Shown here: positions 10,208 to 19,377 of the stretch, one piece after another
How positions within the stretch are numbered: the first letter of the stretch is position 1
Layout of the letters: each line of letters begins with the position of its first letter
DNA from: an uncultured Saprospiraceae bacterium
GTDB lineage: Bacteria; Bacteroidota; Bacteroidia; Chitinophagales; Saprospiraceae
Assembly (NCBI GenBank): GCA_964508975.1
Contig: CAZDVQ010000024.1
Coordinates: 1 to 58,605 of the forward strand
DNA: 58,605 nucleotides
Direction: 5' to 3'
The notes under the pieces: model-generated
The model's input: the letters and a program-made list of their open reading frames with translations, nothing else
Told to the model about the DNA's origin: nothing
The model's database searches: none
Program-made: the position numbers and the translations under genes

Positions 10208-11197
10208 CTAGCGCCTACGCAGCCACAGCACGGTCAAGGCCAGCGCGAAACCCATGCCTAGCAACACTAGGAAAAAGTAGTTGCCGCTTTTTTCGGGGGG
10301 CGTGCTGTTGTCAATTTTACGCACAATTGCCAAGCTCCCAACGATGGTTTTAGTGTTGTGCAGCAGCATGCCGATATAGGTGCCCGGCTCGGTTCCGGGC
10401 TCGCCCAGCGAGTCGGAGTACAATTTGCCGCCAATCACGATGCCTTTGTCTTTGGCCAGTTGTTGCAGCAATTTAGGGTTGATGGTACTTTCCACGAATA
10501 TCGCGGGAATATTCCGCTCGCTGATGAGTTTGCTCAGGCGCTGCATGTCGGAGGTGCGCACGTCAGCATCGGTCGAGGTGCCCATCGAGGCTTCAACTTG
10601 CAGGCCATACGCTTTGCCGTAGTAGTGGAAGGCGTCGTGGGCGGCAATCAGCACGCGTTGTTTTTCGGGAATTTTAGCAATTTCAGTTTTGATGAAGGCA
10701 TCAACTGAATCTAGTTTTTGGCTGTAGTTAAAAGCGCTCAACGCATAAAAACGGGCATTGGCAGGATCCAGTTTTTGGAAGGCCATTTCTATGTTTTTGA
10801 CATAAATTTTAGCGTTTTGGGCATCGCCCCAGGCGTGTGGATCGGGCGAGCCAGCATAAGTTTGGCTTTCAATCACGGCTACGCCTTGGCTCAGTTCAAC
10901 AACATTGGCCTTGGTGCCCGAGCTGGCAATCAATTTACTGATCCAGCCTTCCAAGGTGAGGCCGTTTTTCAGGATTAGGTTGGCGCTGGCCGTCAGGCTC
11001 ACATCCTTTGGGGTAGGCTCGAACAAGTGGGGGTCGCCACCGGTGGGCAGGAGGCAAATCACGTCCAGTTTATCCCCGGCCACGTTCCGGGCCATATCGG
11101 CAATCATGGTGGTGGTGGCCAATACTTTGGGTTTGTTTTGGGCTTGTATGCTTGCATAGCCGAGCAAACAGCAGAGGAAAAGGCTTAATTTATACAT
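10208..11197 (-). CDS. metal ABC transporter substrate-binding protein (ZnuA/TroA family) with C-terminal membrane anchor
   Basis: Signal peptide followed by a ZnuA-like fold with metal-binding His residues (DPHLF...DPHAWGD...AAHDAFHYYG). A hydrophobic C-terminal helix YFFLVLLGMGFALALTVLWL is unusual for this family. No permease or ATPase genes are adjacent. Confidence 0.75.
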   Translation of the reverse strand: MYKLSLFLCCLLGYASIQAQNKPKVLATTTMIADMARNVAGDKLDVICLLPTGGDPHLFEPTPKDVSLTASANLILKNGLTLEGWISKLIASSGTKANVVELSQGVAVIESQTYAGSPDPHAWGDAQNAKIYVKNIEMAFQKLDPANARFYALSAFNYSQKLDSVDAFIKTEIAKIPEKQRVLIAAHDAFHYYGKAYGLQVEASMGTSTDADVRTSDMQRLSKLISERNIPAIFVESTINPKLLQQLAKDKGIVIGGKLYSDSLGEPGTEPGTYIGMLLHNTKTIVGSLAIVRKIDNSTPPEKSGNYFFLVLLGMGFALALTVLWLRRR

Positions 11198-11203
11198 AGT
11201 TGA

Positions 11204-13450
11204 TTATTTACTTAGGTTTAATCGAAATCCGAGAAATGCTCTAATGCCTTGTACTGGGGCATACATGTAGCTGGGGTCAAAGGTGTAGCCGTTGGGGTTG
11301 TTCAAGGGATCGTCCACGTTTTGGTCAAAAGGGTCAAATGGCCTTAAAATGGGGTCTTGGGGTATAAAGTTCAACATGTTTTTTAAGCCTCCATACAGCG
11401 TTATGCCCTTGGGAAAGGTTTTGCTCATTTGAAAGTTTACAATGCTGAACCAAGGTGAAAAAGCGGGTCTAAAATCGTTGGGAACCACGGGCAAGCGCAT
11501 GGGGCCGTTTAAACGGGCGGTGATGTCGAACTTCAGTCCTGTTTTCGCCCAATCGTAACTCAGGTTCATGGTACCAGATACAACCGGGGTGTACACTTGC
11601 CTTTGTTTCACCGATTGGTTTACTTCAAAAACATCTAGTATTGTAGCCCCGATGACAGCTTTCAAGCCGAAGTCTAGGTACACATCGGCGTTGGCGCTAA
11701 AACCCCTTGAAACGGCGTAACCATCTAGGTTTTCATAGATGATTTTACTGGGGTCCGTATCGAAGTCGGCGGTAATTTTATTGTTGAAATAGGTGTAAAA
11801 AGCGCTGAAATCTAAACCCACAAAGCCCTTATCGGAATTAAGTTGTGTGCTGTAGTTGACATTCACGTTCCAACTCTGTTCGGGGTTTAACGAATCCATG
11901 ATAACCACGTCCCTGGCGCCACTTAAAGCCGCATGGTCTTCGGCAAATAAATTAACTACCCGGTAGCCATTACCCATGCTTAACCTCAAGGTATTCAGGC
12001 GGTTAGGCTGATATTTAAGGCTTAATCGGGGGCTTATAATGGAGCCGTGGTTCATGTGGTAATCGTACCTTATACCCAGCAACAAGTTTAAATTGCGGTG
12101 TATAGCCCAATCGTCTTGCGCAAAAATACCGGGCAGTACGCTCGACATTGGTTTGTTCTCCACCTCACCTGCACGTAGTTGTTCGGTTACCACCGAGTTG
12201 TCGTCGTAGTAGGTGTACCGCACGGGTAAGCCAAACAGTAATTCGTGTTTACCCACTTTTTTATCCCAGAGCCATTGCACAAAACCTATTTGTTGAATAG
12301 CGTTGTAGGCCATGGTGCCATAATAACTGCGCTGCTGGTGTATATTGTAACTGTATTGTAAACGGGTATTTTCTGCTCCAATTTTTAAACCGTAATGCCC
12401 AATCAACTCTATTCTACCTGTACGGATAATTTCGCCGTAAATGCTATCGCTGCCAGCATATTGAGGCTTAAATTGTAGTTCTCCGCCCCAGCGCTGTTCG
12501 GCCAAACCTCTAAGCGCAAATGAAAATGCTTGTCCTGATTTCCGTTTAATATCCCAGCGGTTGAATACTGAAATGCGTTTTTGCTGGGCTATATCGCTAA
12601 AGTTATCCCCGTTGATATCGTGTAGTTTATTGTACCAGTAACCATGTACCCCCAGTATACCGTTGGCCTTTGGTGTACTAATACGTGTGCTGGCATCCAG
12701 GCTCAATTCTTGCCACGATGTAGCCATCACATCTAGGTATAAAGCGGGTGTTGAACTATGATCTTTGGTAATCACGTTGATTACCCCGCCCACGGCCTCG
12801 CTCCCGTACAAGGTCGATGCTGGTCCTTTGATGATTTCAATCCGTTTCACCAAGCTGTTCGGAATCCCCGACAAGCCGTACACCGTAGACAAGCCCGATA
12901 CAATTGGCATCCCGTCGATTAGCACCATGGTGTTGGGCCCTTCCATACCGTTTATGTGGATATCGCCCGTGTGGCAAACGTTGCAGTTGAGCTGCGGTTG
13001 TATACCGTTTATCGCCCCGATAGATTCAAATATACTTGGCGTCGGGTTTTTTAAGAAAAACTGGTTACTGTATACTTCAACGGCTACACTGCTGGCCATG
13101 CGACTGTTTTCCTTGAGCGTGCCGCTCACCACAAGTTCTTGTAGTTCTTGCCAATTTTCAACCAGCCTGAAGTTGTACTGTGTTTGCCCCGCGTGCAGGT
13201 TCACACTATCGGTCTTGTACCCAATGTAAGTGCATATCAAAGGCTTGCCCAAGTCGTCAGGACTTATGGCTAGGCTATATTTCCCCTCCGCGTCAGTGTA
13301 AACCCCTCGTTGGCCCGAGCCCACATACAGGTGCGCGCCAACTAAGGCTTCACCGCTGTTTTGGCTGCGTACTTGCCCTTCTACCACGACGTTTTGCGCC
13401 ATGCAGTTTATGGTAAGCCCGCAAAAAAGCACCAAAGGAATTATATTCAT
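11204..13450 (-). CDS. TonB-dependent receptor with N-terminal carboxypeptidase-regulatory-like domain
   Basis: 748 aa with signal peptide, a CarbopepD_reg-like N-terminus, a plug domain (TLYGSEAVGGVINVITK) and a C-terminal beta-barrel ending in an aromatic-rich segment. Co-located with the ZnuA-like protein and DtxR-family regulator, suggesting metal uptake. Confidence 0.85.
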   Translation of the reverse strand: MNIIPLVLFCGLTINCMAQNVVVEGQVRSQNSGEALVGAHLYVGSGQRGVYTDAEGKYSLAISPDDLGKPLICTYIGYKTDSVNLHAGQTQYNFRLVENWQELQELVVSGTLKENSRMASSVAVEVYSNQFFLKNPTPSIFESIGAINGIQPQLNCNVCHTGDIHINGMEGPNTMVLIDGMPIVSGLSTVYGLSGIPNSLVKRIEIIKGPASTLYGSEAVGGVINVITKDHSSTPALYLDVMATSWQELSLDASTRISTPKANGILGVHGYWYNKLHDINGDNFSDIAQQKRISVFNRWDIKRKSGQAFSFALRGLAEQRWGGELQFKPQYAGSDSIYGEIIRTGRIELIGHYGLKIGAENTRLQYSYNIHQQRSYYGTMAYNAIQQIGFVQWLWDKKVGKHELLFGLPVRYTYYDDNSVVTEQLRAGEVENKPMSSVLPGIFAQDDWAIHRNLNLLLGIRYDYHMNHGSIISPRLSLKYQPNRLNTLRLSMGNGYRVVNLFAEDHAALSGARDVVIMDSLNPEQSWNVNVNYSTQLNSDKGFVGLDFSAFYTYFNNKITADFDTDPSKIIYENLDGYAVSRGFSANADVYLDFGLKAVIGATILDVFEVNQSVKQRQVYTPVVSGTMNLSYDWAKTGLKFDITARLNGPMRLPVVPNDFRPAFSPWFSIVNFQMSKTFPKGITLYGGLKNMLNFIPQDPILRPFDPFDQNVDDPLNNPNGYTFDPSYMYAPVQGIRAFLGFRLNLSK

Positions 13451-13454
13451 GTTT

Positions 13455-13630
13455 TGTTTTGTTGTTTTTTGGGCGGCCCGCCCGCTACGCGGTCGGCGCT
13501 ACGCTACGCGGCTCGCTGTTCGCTCGGCCCTTCGCCGCCGTGGGCAGGGGCAAGCCCTGCCCCTACAATGCGGCGGCTCGGTCTGGCGGCTACGCCGCCA
13601 CCGCTCCGCATCGCTGCCGCAGGGCCCTCT
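13455..13630. repeat. GC-rich REP/MITE-like repeat, longer variant with internal hairpin
   Basis: Reads ttttttgggcggcccgcccgctacgcgg...gctcgctgttcgctcggccc...gggcaggggcaagccctgcccc (hairpin)...ccgcagggccctc. Confidence 0.8.
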
Positions 13631-13631
13631 A

Positions 13632-14282
13632 TTACCTTACCATGATGGTTTCGGCAATGTTGAAGGCTAGGTTTTGGGCTTGGCCTTGATCTACACTGAT
13701 GGAGAACTGTTGATTATCGCGGCCTAGTACTTTAAATGGGGTGCCCGGCCGTAAACCTAGTGTTTCTAGGCGTTGCAGCCAGTTTTCGTTATCATCCTCC
13801 ACGGCGATGACGGTGGCTTCATCGCCAGGTGAGAGTTCAGATAAAAGCAAGCGGGCTTGGGTTTTAATGCGGCCTTGTTCATCGGGGATGGGGTGGCCGT
13901 GTGGGTCAAACTGTGGCCTTTCGAGAAAAATATCCAGTCGGCGAATGAGCTCTGGCGAGCTGATGTGCTCCAGCTCTTCAGCAATCTGGTGGATTTCATC
14001 CCAGGCGAAATGTAGTTTTTCAACTAGGAATACTTCCCAGAGGCGGTGTTTACGGATTAATTCGGTGGCATGGGCCTTGCCGGTGTCGGTGAGTTTTACA
14101 CCGCGATATCGTTCGTAGCTAATCCAGCCCTTATCGGTTAGCTTTTTAAGCATGTCGGTTACCGAGGCCGCCGAGGTTTTCATGGCCGCTGCAATGGCGT
14201 TGGTGCTCACGGCAATGCGGGCATCGTGTTGTGAGCACTTAAAAATGATTTTCAGGTAGTTTTCCTCAGCAGTTGAAGGCAC
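13632..14282 (-). CDS. DtxR/MntR-family metal-dependent transcriptional repressor with FeoA-like C-terminal domain
   Basis: 216 aa with a GTG start. N-terminal winged HTH (ENYLKIIF...SVTDMLKKL) and dimerisation/metal-binding region (HRLWEVFL, HGHPIP), then an SH3-like FeoA tail. Confidence 0.85.
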   Translation of the reverse strand: MPSTAEENYLKIIFKCSQHDARIAVSTNAIAAAMKTSAASVTDMLKKLTDKGWISYERYRGVKLTDTGKAHATELIRKHRLWEVFLVEKLHFAWDEIHQIAEELEHISSPELIRRLDIFLERPQFDPHGHPIPDEQGRIKTQARLLLSELSPGDEATVIAVEDDNENWLQRLETLGLRPGTPFKVLGRDNQQFSISVDQGQAQNLAFNIAETIMVR

Positions 14283-14382
14283 GGCTTATATTTTTAGACA
14301 AGCTTAAATTTATTTAGTTAAACACAGATTTTATTGGAAGGTTTTGTGTTTTTTGATTTTTTGCGTTTTAGATTACTATAAA

Positions 14383-14432
14383 AAAGCCAAGTATCCTTTT
14401 TTGAAAAAGGATACTTGGCTTTATGCTCTGCT
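14383..14432 (-). terminator. rho-independent terminator downstream of the large T9SS gene
   Basis: Near-perfect inverted repeat aaaagccaagtatccttttt / aaaaaggatacttggcttt. On the minus strand the hairpin is followed by a TTTTTTAT tract. Confidence 0.6.
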
Positions 14433-14451
14433 CTAATCACTTTGCTCTCTG

Positions 14452-14582
14452 CTCTAAATCATTGGCCTAGCGATGCGTAGGGCGGCCGATGGCCGTACCG
14501 AAGGGGCGAAGCCACGAGGTATGAGCGAATAGCGAACCCGGAGCGTAGCGCCGACGCGCAGCGGCGGAGGCCCCAAAACAAC
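14452..14582. repeat. GC-rich REP/MITE-like repeat
   Basis: Reads gcgatgcgtagggcggccgatggccgtaccgaaggggcgaagcc...gagcgaatagcgaacccggagcg...ggccccaaaacaac. Confidence 0.75.
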
Positions 14583-14587
14583 AATAC

Positions 14588-17500
14588 TTATTCTTTCACA
14601 AAGCGTTTGACCACGATAACTTGTCCTCCATTGAACAAAAGCCGTACGTGATACATACCTGCGGGTAAATCGCTTACGTCGAAACCGATGCTGCGTTGGC
14701 TAAAATCAAGCTCGGGCGAAAGCTGCATGAGTTGACCGCTGGCGCTAAACACATCTACTTGCTCGGGCATTTGCTGCAACTGGCTCAGCTTAACCTTGCG
14801 GTGGCTGGGGTTTGGCGATAGGATAATCTGGTCGAGCGCGAGGCTTGATTCCAGTCCTGTGTAAGTAGCGGTAACCGTTTGGCTGATGGTATCGCTGCCG
14901 CAGCTGTTGCTTACAATCAGCTGGATGGTATAGCTGCCCGGCGAGGGGAACACCACCACGGGGTTCGCAAAAGTACTGTTTACACCGATGCCAAAATCCC
15001 AGAGGTAGCTGCCGCCGGTGGATAAATTTTCCATGGTGTAGCGCATGCCATTGCCCGAAACGCTGAAGTTAAAATTGGCCACTGGCGGGCTATCTATGCT
15101 AAGGGTGGTGCTGGCGCTGTTGCTACAACCTAGGCTATTGGTAACCGTGAGGCCATACACGCCTGGGCTAGCGGTATTGATACTCTGTTGGGTAGAACCA
15201 GTGCTCCAGCTGTATTGGCTAAAACCACCGGGTGCCGTTAAGGTAGCTTGCTGGCAGGCTGCTGTTGTGGCGGGCAGGTTTACCGTAGGCAGTGGCGAGA
15301 CAGTGCTAACCACCATGCTATCTTCGAGGATACAACCGTTGGGCTCGGCCACGGTAACTGCGTAAGTGCCAGGGCCGGTAACGCTGATAGTGGGTTGCGT
15401 GGCCCCAGTGCTCCAGAGGTAAACCGAGCCAGGGCTGTATAGGGCAGAGAGTGTGCTGCCGCACAAAACGCCATCGGCGGGCAAGGCAAAAGCCGCCGGG
15501 AATGCTACACGGATGGTATCGGTTGCCACGCAGGCATCGTTGGTAGAGCTCACGGTGACGCTGTAAGTACCTGATTCCGTAACTTGTATACTTGGGCTAG
15601 AGCTACCTACGCTCCAGGCGTAGGTGGCGTTGCTGCTGGTCGCATCGAGCGTGATGGGGTCGCAGGTGTACACAGAATCCAGCAAGTTCAAGGGGTGGCG
15701 TACGGTTACGGTCAAGGCTTCGCGGGTACTGGTGCAAGCATCGAAGCCATAGCTGTAGTGCCAATCAAAAAAGTAATAATTAATATTCCCGCCGACGGTG
15801 CTTCCTGTAATGTTCAAACGGTTTGATTGCAGCGGGTAAGCCGTTGCATCGGTAGCTAGACCACCGCCGCTCAAGTTGCCAAAGGAGAGGCGGTAAGCCG
15901 TGCCGATGCCGATATCAAAACCAGCAGGCACAAACACTTTCTGGTTGGGCGTGCTCACACTGACCTGGCGGCTATGGAGCAACACACCAGCCGAGTTGCG
16001 CAGGCGAAGCTCGAAGGTAGCAGGAGCATTGACGTACACCGCTACCGAGTCGAGGGTTATGGGCTCGGTCACATCGAAAATAGTACCGATGCTAAAGGTT
16101 GAGAAGCCCGTTCCGGCAGGATTGCTATGGTTGCGTTGGCCGCCGATGCCTACAGTGCGAGGAGCAGCCTCCAGGTAATAGGTCTGCGTATTGGCCTGGA
16201 AGGTTTCATATAACCCTGCGGAGGCAAAAGGCATGGTTGCGTTGATGGAATCGTACCAGAGGTACACCAGGCTTGGATCGGGCTGGGCAAAACTGAAAGC
16301 TTGGGCTTGGCACAAGGTGGTGTCTTGTGGAATTTGAATAGAAGGCCTATTGTAAAACTGCAGCAAAACAGAATCGACACGCGTGCACAAGTTGGCATTG
16401 GTTACCGTGACGTTGTAAGTATCGGCAGTACTAACTTGTATACTTTGGCTTGTTGCGCCGGTGCTCCATTGATAGCTGGCACCAGTGTTTTGGGCATCTA
16501 GGGTATAAACGGCTACATCGCAGAAGGAAGAATCTTGGCCTAGCTCGAGGGCGGGGTATTGCACCACATTAACTTGGAAGGTATCCCTGGGGCTGGCGCA
16601 GTAATTTCCGGCAATCGTCCAGTTGTAAAAATAGTTGTATTGCGTTGAGTTTGCCCCAGCGTTCACGATACCAGCATTAATAGAGAAAACACCACTGAGT
16701 CCTATGGGGTAAAACCCGCTTAAACTAAGGTTACGCGACAAAGCGCCAGAGTAAAAAGTATCTACAACTAGGGTTAAATTAGTGGCTACAGGAACATCGA
16801 AGTAAAGATCAATATCAGATTCGCCATCAGCAACGCTGAGTGTCTTACTGGCCAGCGCTACACCTGCCGAGTTGCGCAAATCCACCTTGAATGTAGTATT
16901 GCCTTGTGCGTACACTTTAACCCCTTTTAAGGTAAAAGCTTGTGTTGCGGTAAAACGGAGCCCGGAGTTATCAACTGGGGTAAAAGAAACGTTTGAGCTG
17001 ATGGTATTATCGGCTGCTGCTGCCGTGATATTATTGAAATACAATCGGCTTTCGGTATACCATTGAGTAGAATCGCTTATATATGCCGTTATGGAATCGC
17101 TGGCATAGACAAAACTACCTGGATTGGCAGCATTAAACCAGAATAAACCATCACCGCTATGTATGCCTTGCAGCAATAAAGGCCCAGCACAAATGGTAGT
17201 ATCTACGATTGCTGCTAAGGTTGGTACTGCTGATAGGGTTACATCTATGCTGTCGGTAATAGCACAAGGCCCGTTGCTTGCCGTTACGTAGTAAATTCCT
17301 GAAGTGTTTAGGGTTACTTGTCCCGTCGTTTGGCCACTTGACCAGGCATAGGCATTGGCAATTGGGCTAGAAACATCAATGGATAAGCTAGTACCACAAT
17401 GTAGGGTATCGCTAATAAGGTTGATGGATGGCGTTTGAATGAGGTTAATATTCACGGAATCCACCTGGCTAGAACAGAATGCAAGTGCATTTTGCCAATT

Positions 17501-19234
17501 GTAAAAATAAAAATAACTACCTGAATTATTGGATGAACCCTGTGCACCACTTGTAATGGAAACAAGATTGTTGGAACTGATGAGGGGATAAACACCGCTC
17601 AAATTATTGTTGGTGAGCAATGTCCCCCCAGTAATCCCAGTGCCTTGTAAAGATAAGCCAGTGCCTTGAGGTACATTAAAGCCTAGGGCAACGGTATGCT
17701 TACCCGCTGCAGGAACACTAATGGCCCTGGATTGGATTACAACATTAGAGGCATTCCGCAATTCAATATTCATAGTCAGGGCAGAGCTGCTGTAAATATC
17801 AACAGTAGACAAGGTGAATGCACTATTTGCGTTAAAGCGTAGACCCCTGGCCGTTGTTGATATCGCTGGAACTGTGGTCGTTAAAGAAGTATCTAAAGCG
17901 CCTGCCGTGAAGGTGTCAAAGTAATTAAAACTCTGGCCAAATACCCTGGTGGTATCATTGTATATACCGGATAATGTATTCCCTGCCGCAATGGCACTGC
18001 CTAAAGGACTCGACCAGATAAATGCATCGCCATCGTGGCTGGCATTAATTTGAAATAATCCTCCGCATGAAAGGGTGTCATTCGGTAAACTCATGCTGGG
18101 CACCTCACGCAGCTCCAGCTGTACACTACCTGTGGTACTACAGTTGTTGGCGGTAACGGTATAGCCGTAATTACCCGAGCTTGTTGCTGTAATGCTGCTG
18201 CTCGTTTCGCCTGTTGACCAACTGTAACTGCTACTGGGGTTACTCGCGTCAAATACAATACTACTCGCACAAAGTGTAGTATCGTTTGGCAGGTTTACAA
18301 TTGGACTTGATAAAGCCGTTACTTGGAATGGCTGAATTGCAGATAAACATGCCGCTGTTGATACCTGCCAGTTATAGAAATAATAATAAAATGCGTTGTT
18401 GTTGGTTGTTGTACCCGAGGCCCCATTGGTTATACTCGCTATGCCTGCTGTTGTTTGTGGATAAATTCCACTCAGGTTGTTGTTGCAGGTTAATTGTCCA
18501 CCCGTAATACTTGATAACCACAAAAGGTAGCCGTTTCCAGTGGGGACCGTAAAATTTAAATTAAGCGTGTTTAGGCCCGCAGTCAAGGTAAAAGTCTTTT
18601 GTTGTAGTACGCTTGCACCATTGGCCGATAACAGCTGTACGGTTATCGTTGGGCTACTAACGGCATACACGTTTACCGTGCGCAAGGTAAAGTTCGCGAG
18701 GGCATTAAACCTCAAGCCCCTGGCCAAGCTAAGGTTAGTCGTGGTTCCTATACTATTATTGGCTGGCCCAACGCTTACTTGGTTCGAATAACTTTGTCCT
18801 TGCAAGTAATAAGCAGTATTGGCGTTGAGCGTTTGCGTGTATGTAGCACCTGAATATACTTGATTCTGGCCTGCGGCATCGTTGAACCAGGCCAACTGTT
18901 GGCCAGTGAAGCCTGGGCTCAAGTTTACCGTGCCACCGCATAATGTTGTATCAGTACTCAAAACACTGGGTATACCCAAAATACTCACCACAATGGTATC
19001 GGCATCAGAGCCTTGGCCATTGGTGGCCGTAACGGCATAAGTGCCGCTGGCCGTTACAGTAATACTTTGTGTGGTGGCTCCATTACTCCACAAGTATGTA
19101 CTGCCTGCGTTGGCGGCATCAAGTACTGTTGATGTACATACCTGCCTGTCGGTTCCTAGGTTTACATTGGGTTGAGCCCATACCGTTAAGGGTAGGCTAC
19201 TAAGCGCCACAAGTATGAATAGCAGTTTGTGCAT
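14588..19234 (-). CDS. large repetitive T9SS-sorted surface protein (Ig-like/PKD-like tandem domains, Por secretion C-terminal domain)
   Basis: 1548 aa. Signal peptide MHKLLFILVALSSLPLTVWAQ. About 10 internal repeats carry conserved Cys pairs and the motif Y.WS.G.T..SI.V..SG.Y.VTV. The C-terminal roughly 80 aa (SPNPSHRKVKLS...GMYHVRLLF.....VVKR) is a T9SS type A sorting domain. Confidence 0.8.
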   Translation of the reverse strand: MHKLLFILVALSSLPLTVWAQPNVNLGTDRQVCTSTVLDAANAGSTYLWSNGATTQSITVTASGTYAVTATNGQGSDADTIVVSILGIPSVLSTDTTLCGGTVNLSPGFTGQQLAWFNDAAGQNQVYSGATYTQTLNANTAYYLQGQSYSNQVSVGPANNSIGTTTNLSLARGLRFNALANFTLRTVNVYAVSSPTITVQLLSANGASVLQQKTFTLTAGLNTLNLNFTVPTGNGYLLWLSSITGGQLTCNNNLSGIYPQTTAGIASITNGASGTTTNNNAFYYYFYNWQVSTAACLSAIQPFQVTALSSPIVNLPNDTTLCASSIVFDASNPSSSYSWSTGETSSSITATSSGNYGYTVTANNCSTTGSVQLELREVPSMSLPNDTLSCGGLFQINASHDGDAFIWSSPLGSAIAAGNTLSGIYNDTTRVFGQSFNYFDTFTAGALDTSLTTTVPAISTTARGLRFNANSAFTLSTVDIYSSSALTMNIELRNASNVVIQSRAISVPAAGKHTVALGFNVPQGTGLSLQGTGITGGTLLTNNNLSGVYPLISSNNLVSITSGAQGSSNNSGSYFYFYNWQNALAFCSSQVDSVNINLIQTPSINLISDTLHCGTSLSIDVSSPIANAYAWSSGQTTGQVTLNTSGIYYVTASNGPCAITDSIDVTLSAVPTLAAIVDTTICAGPLLLQGIHSGDGLFWFNAANPGSFVYASDSITAYISDSTQWYTESRLYFNNITAAAADNTISSNVSFTPVDNSGLRFTATQAFTLKGVKVYAQGNTTFKVDLRNSAGVALASKTLSVADGESDIDLYFDVPVATNLTLVVDTFYSGALSRNLSLSGFYPIGLSGVFSINAGIVNAGANSTQYNYFYNWTIAGNYCASPRDTFQVNVVQYPALELGQDSSFCDVAVYTLDAQNTGASYQWSTGATSQSIQVSTADTYNVTVTNANLCTRVDSVLLQFYNRPSIQIPQDTTLCQAQAFSFAQPDPSLVYLWYDSINATMPFASAGLYETFQANTQTYYLEAAPRTVGIGGQRNHSNPAGTGFSTFSIGTIFDVTEPITLDSVAVYVNAPATFELRLRNSAGVLLHSRQVSVSTPNQKVFVPAGFDIGIGTAYRLSFGNLSGGGLATDATAYPLQSNRLNITGSTVGGNINYYFFDWHYSYGFDACTSTREALTVTVRHPLNLLDSVYTCDPITLDATSSNATYAWSVGSSSPSIQVTESGTYSVTVSSTNDACVATDTIRVAFPAAFALPADGVLCGSTLSALYSPGSVYLWSTGATQPTISVTGPGTYAVTVAEPNGCILEDSMVVSTVSPLPTVNLPATTAACQQATLTAPGGFSQYSWSTGSTQQSINTASPGVYGLTVTNSLGCSNSASTTLSIDSPPVANFNFSVSGNGMRYTMENLSTGGSYLWDFGIGVNSTFANPVVVFPSPGSYTIQLIVSNSCGSDTISQTVTATYTGLESSLALDQIILSPNPSHRKVKLSQLQQMPEQVDVFSASGQLMQLSPELDFSQRSIGFDVSDLPAGMYHVRLLFNGGQVIVVKRFVKE

Positions 19235-19377
19235 ATTTTTTGTATTTGCTGTTTAGTCAATGGGTTTGGCAACAAAATAGGCCTACCCATTCACAAATAT
19301 AAACACAAAAAACATTAAGAACCGATTAGATTACGCAAAGCCCGCCCAAAAACAACCAAATCAAGGTTTGCCGCCTG

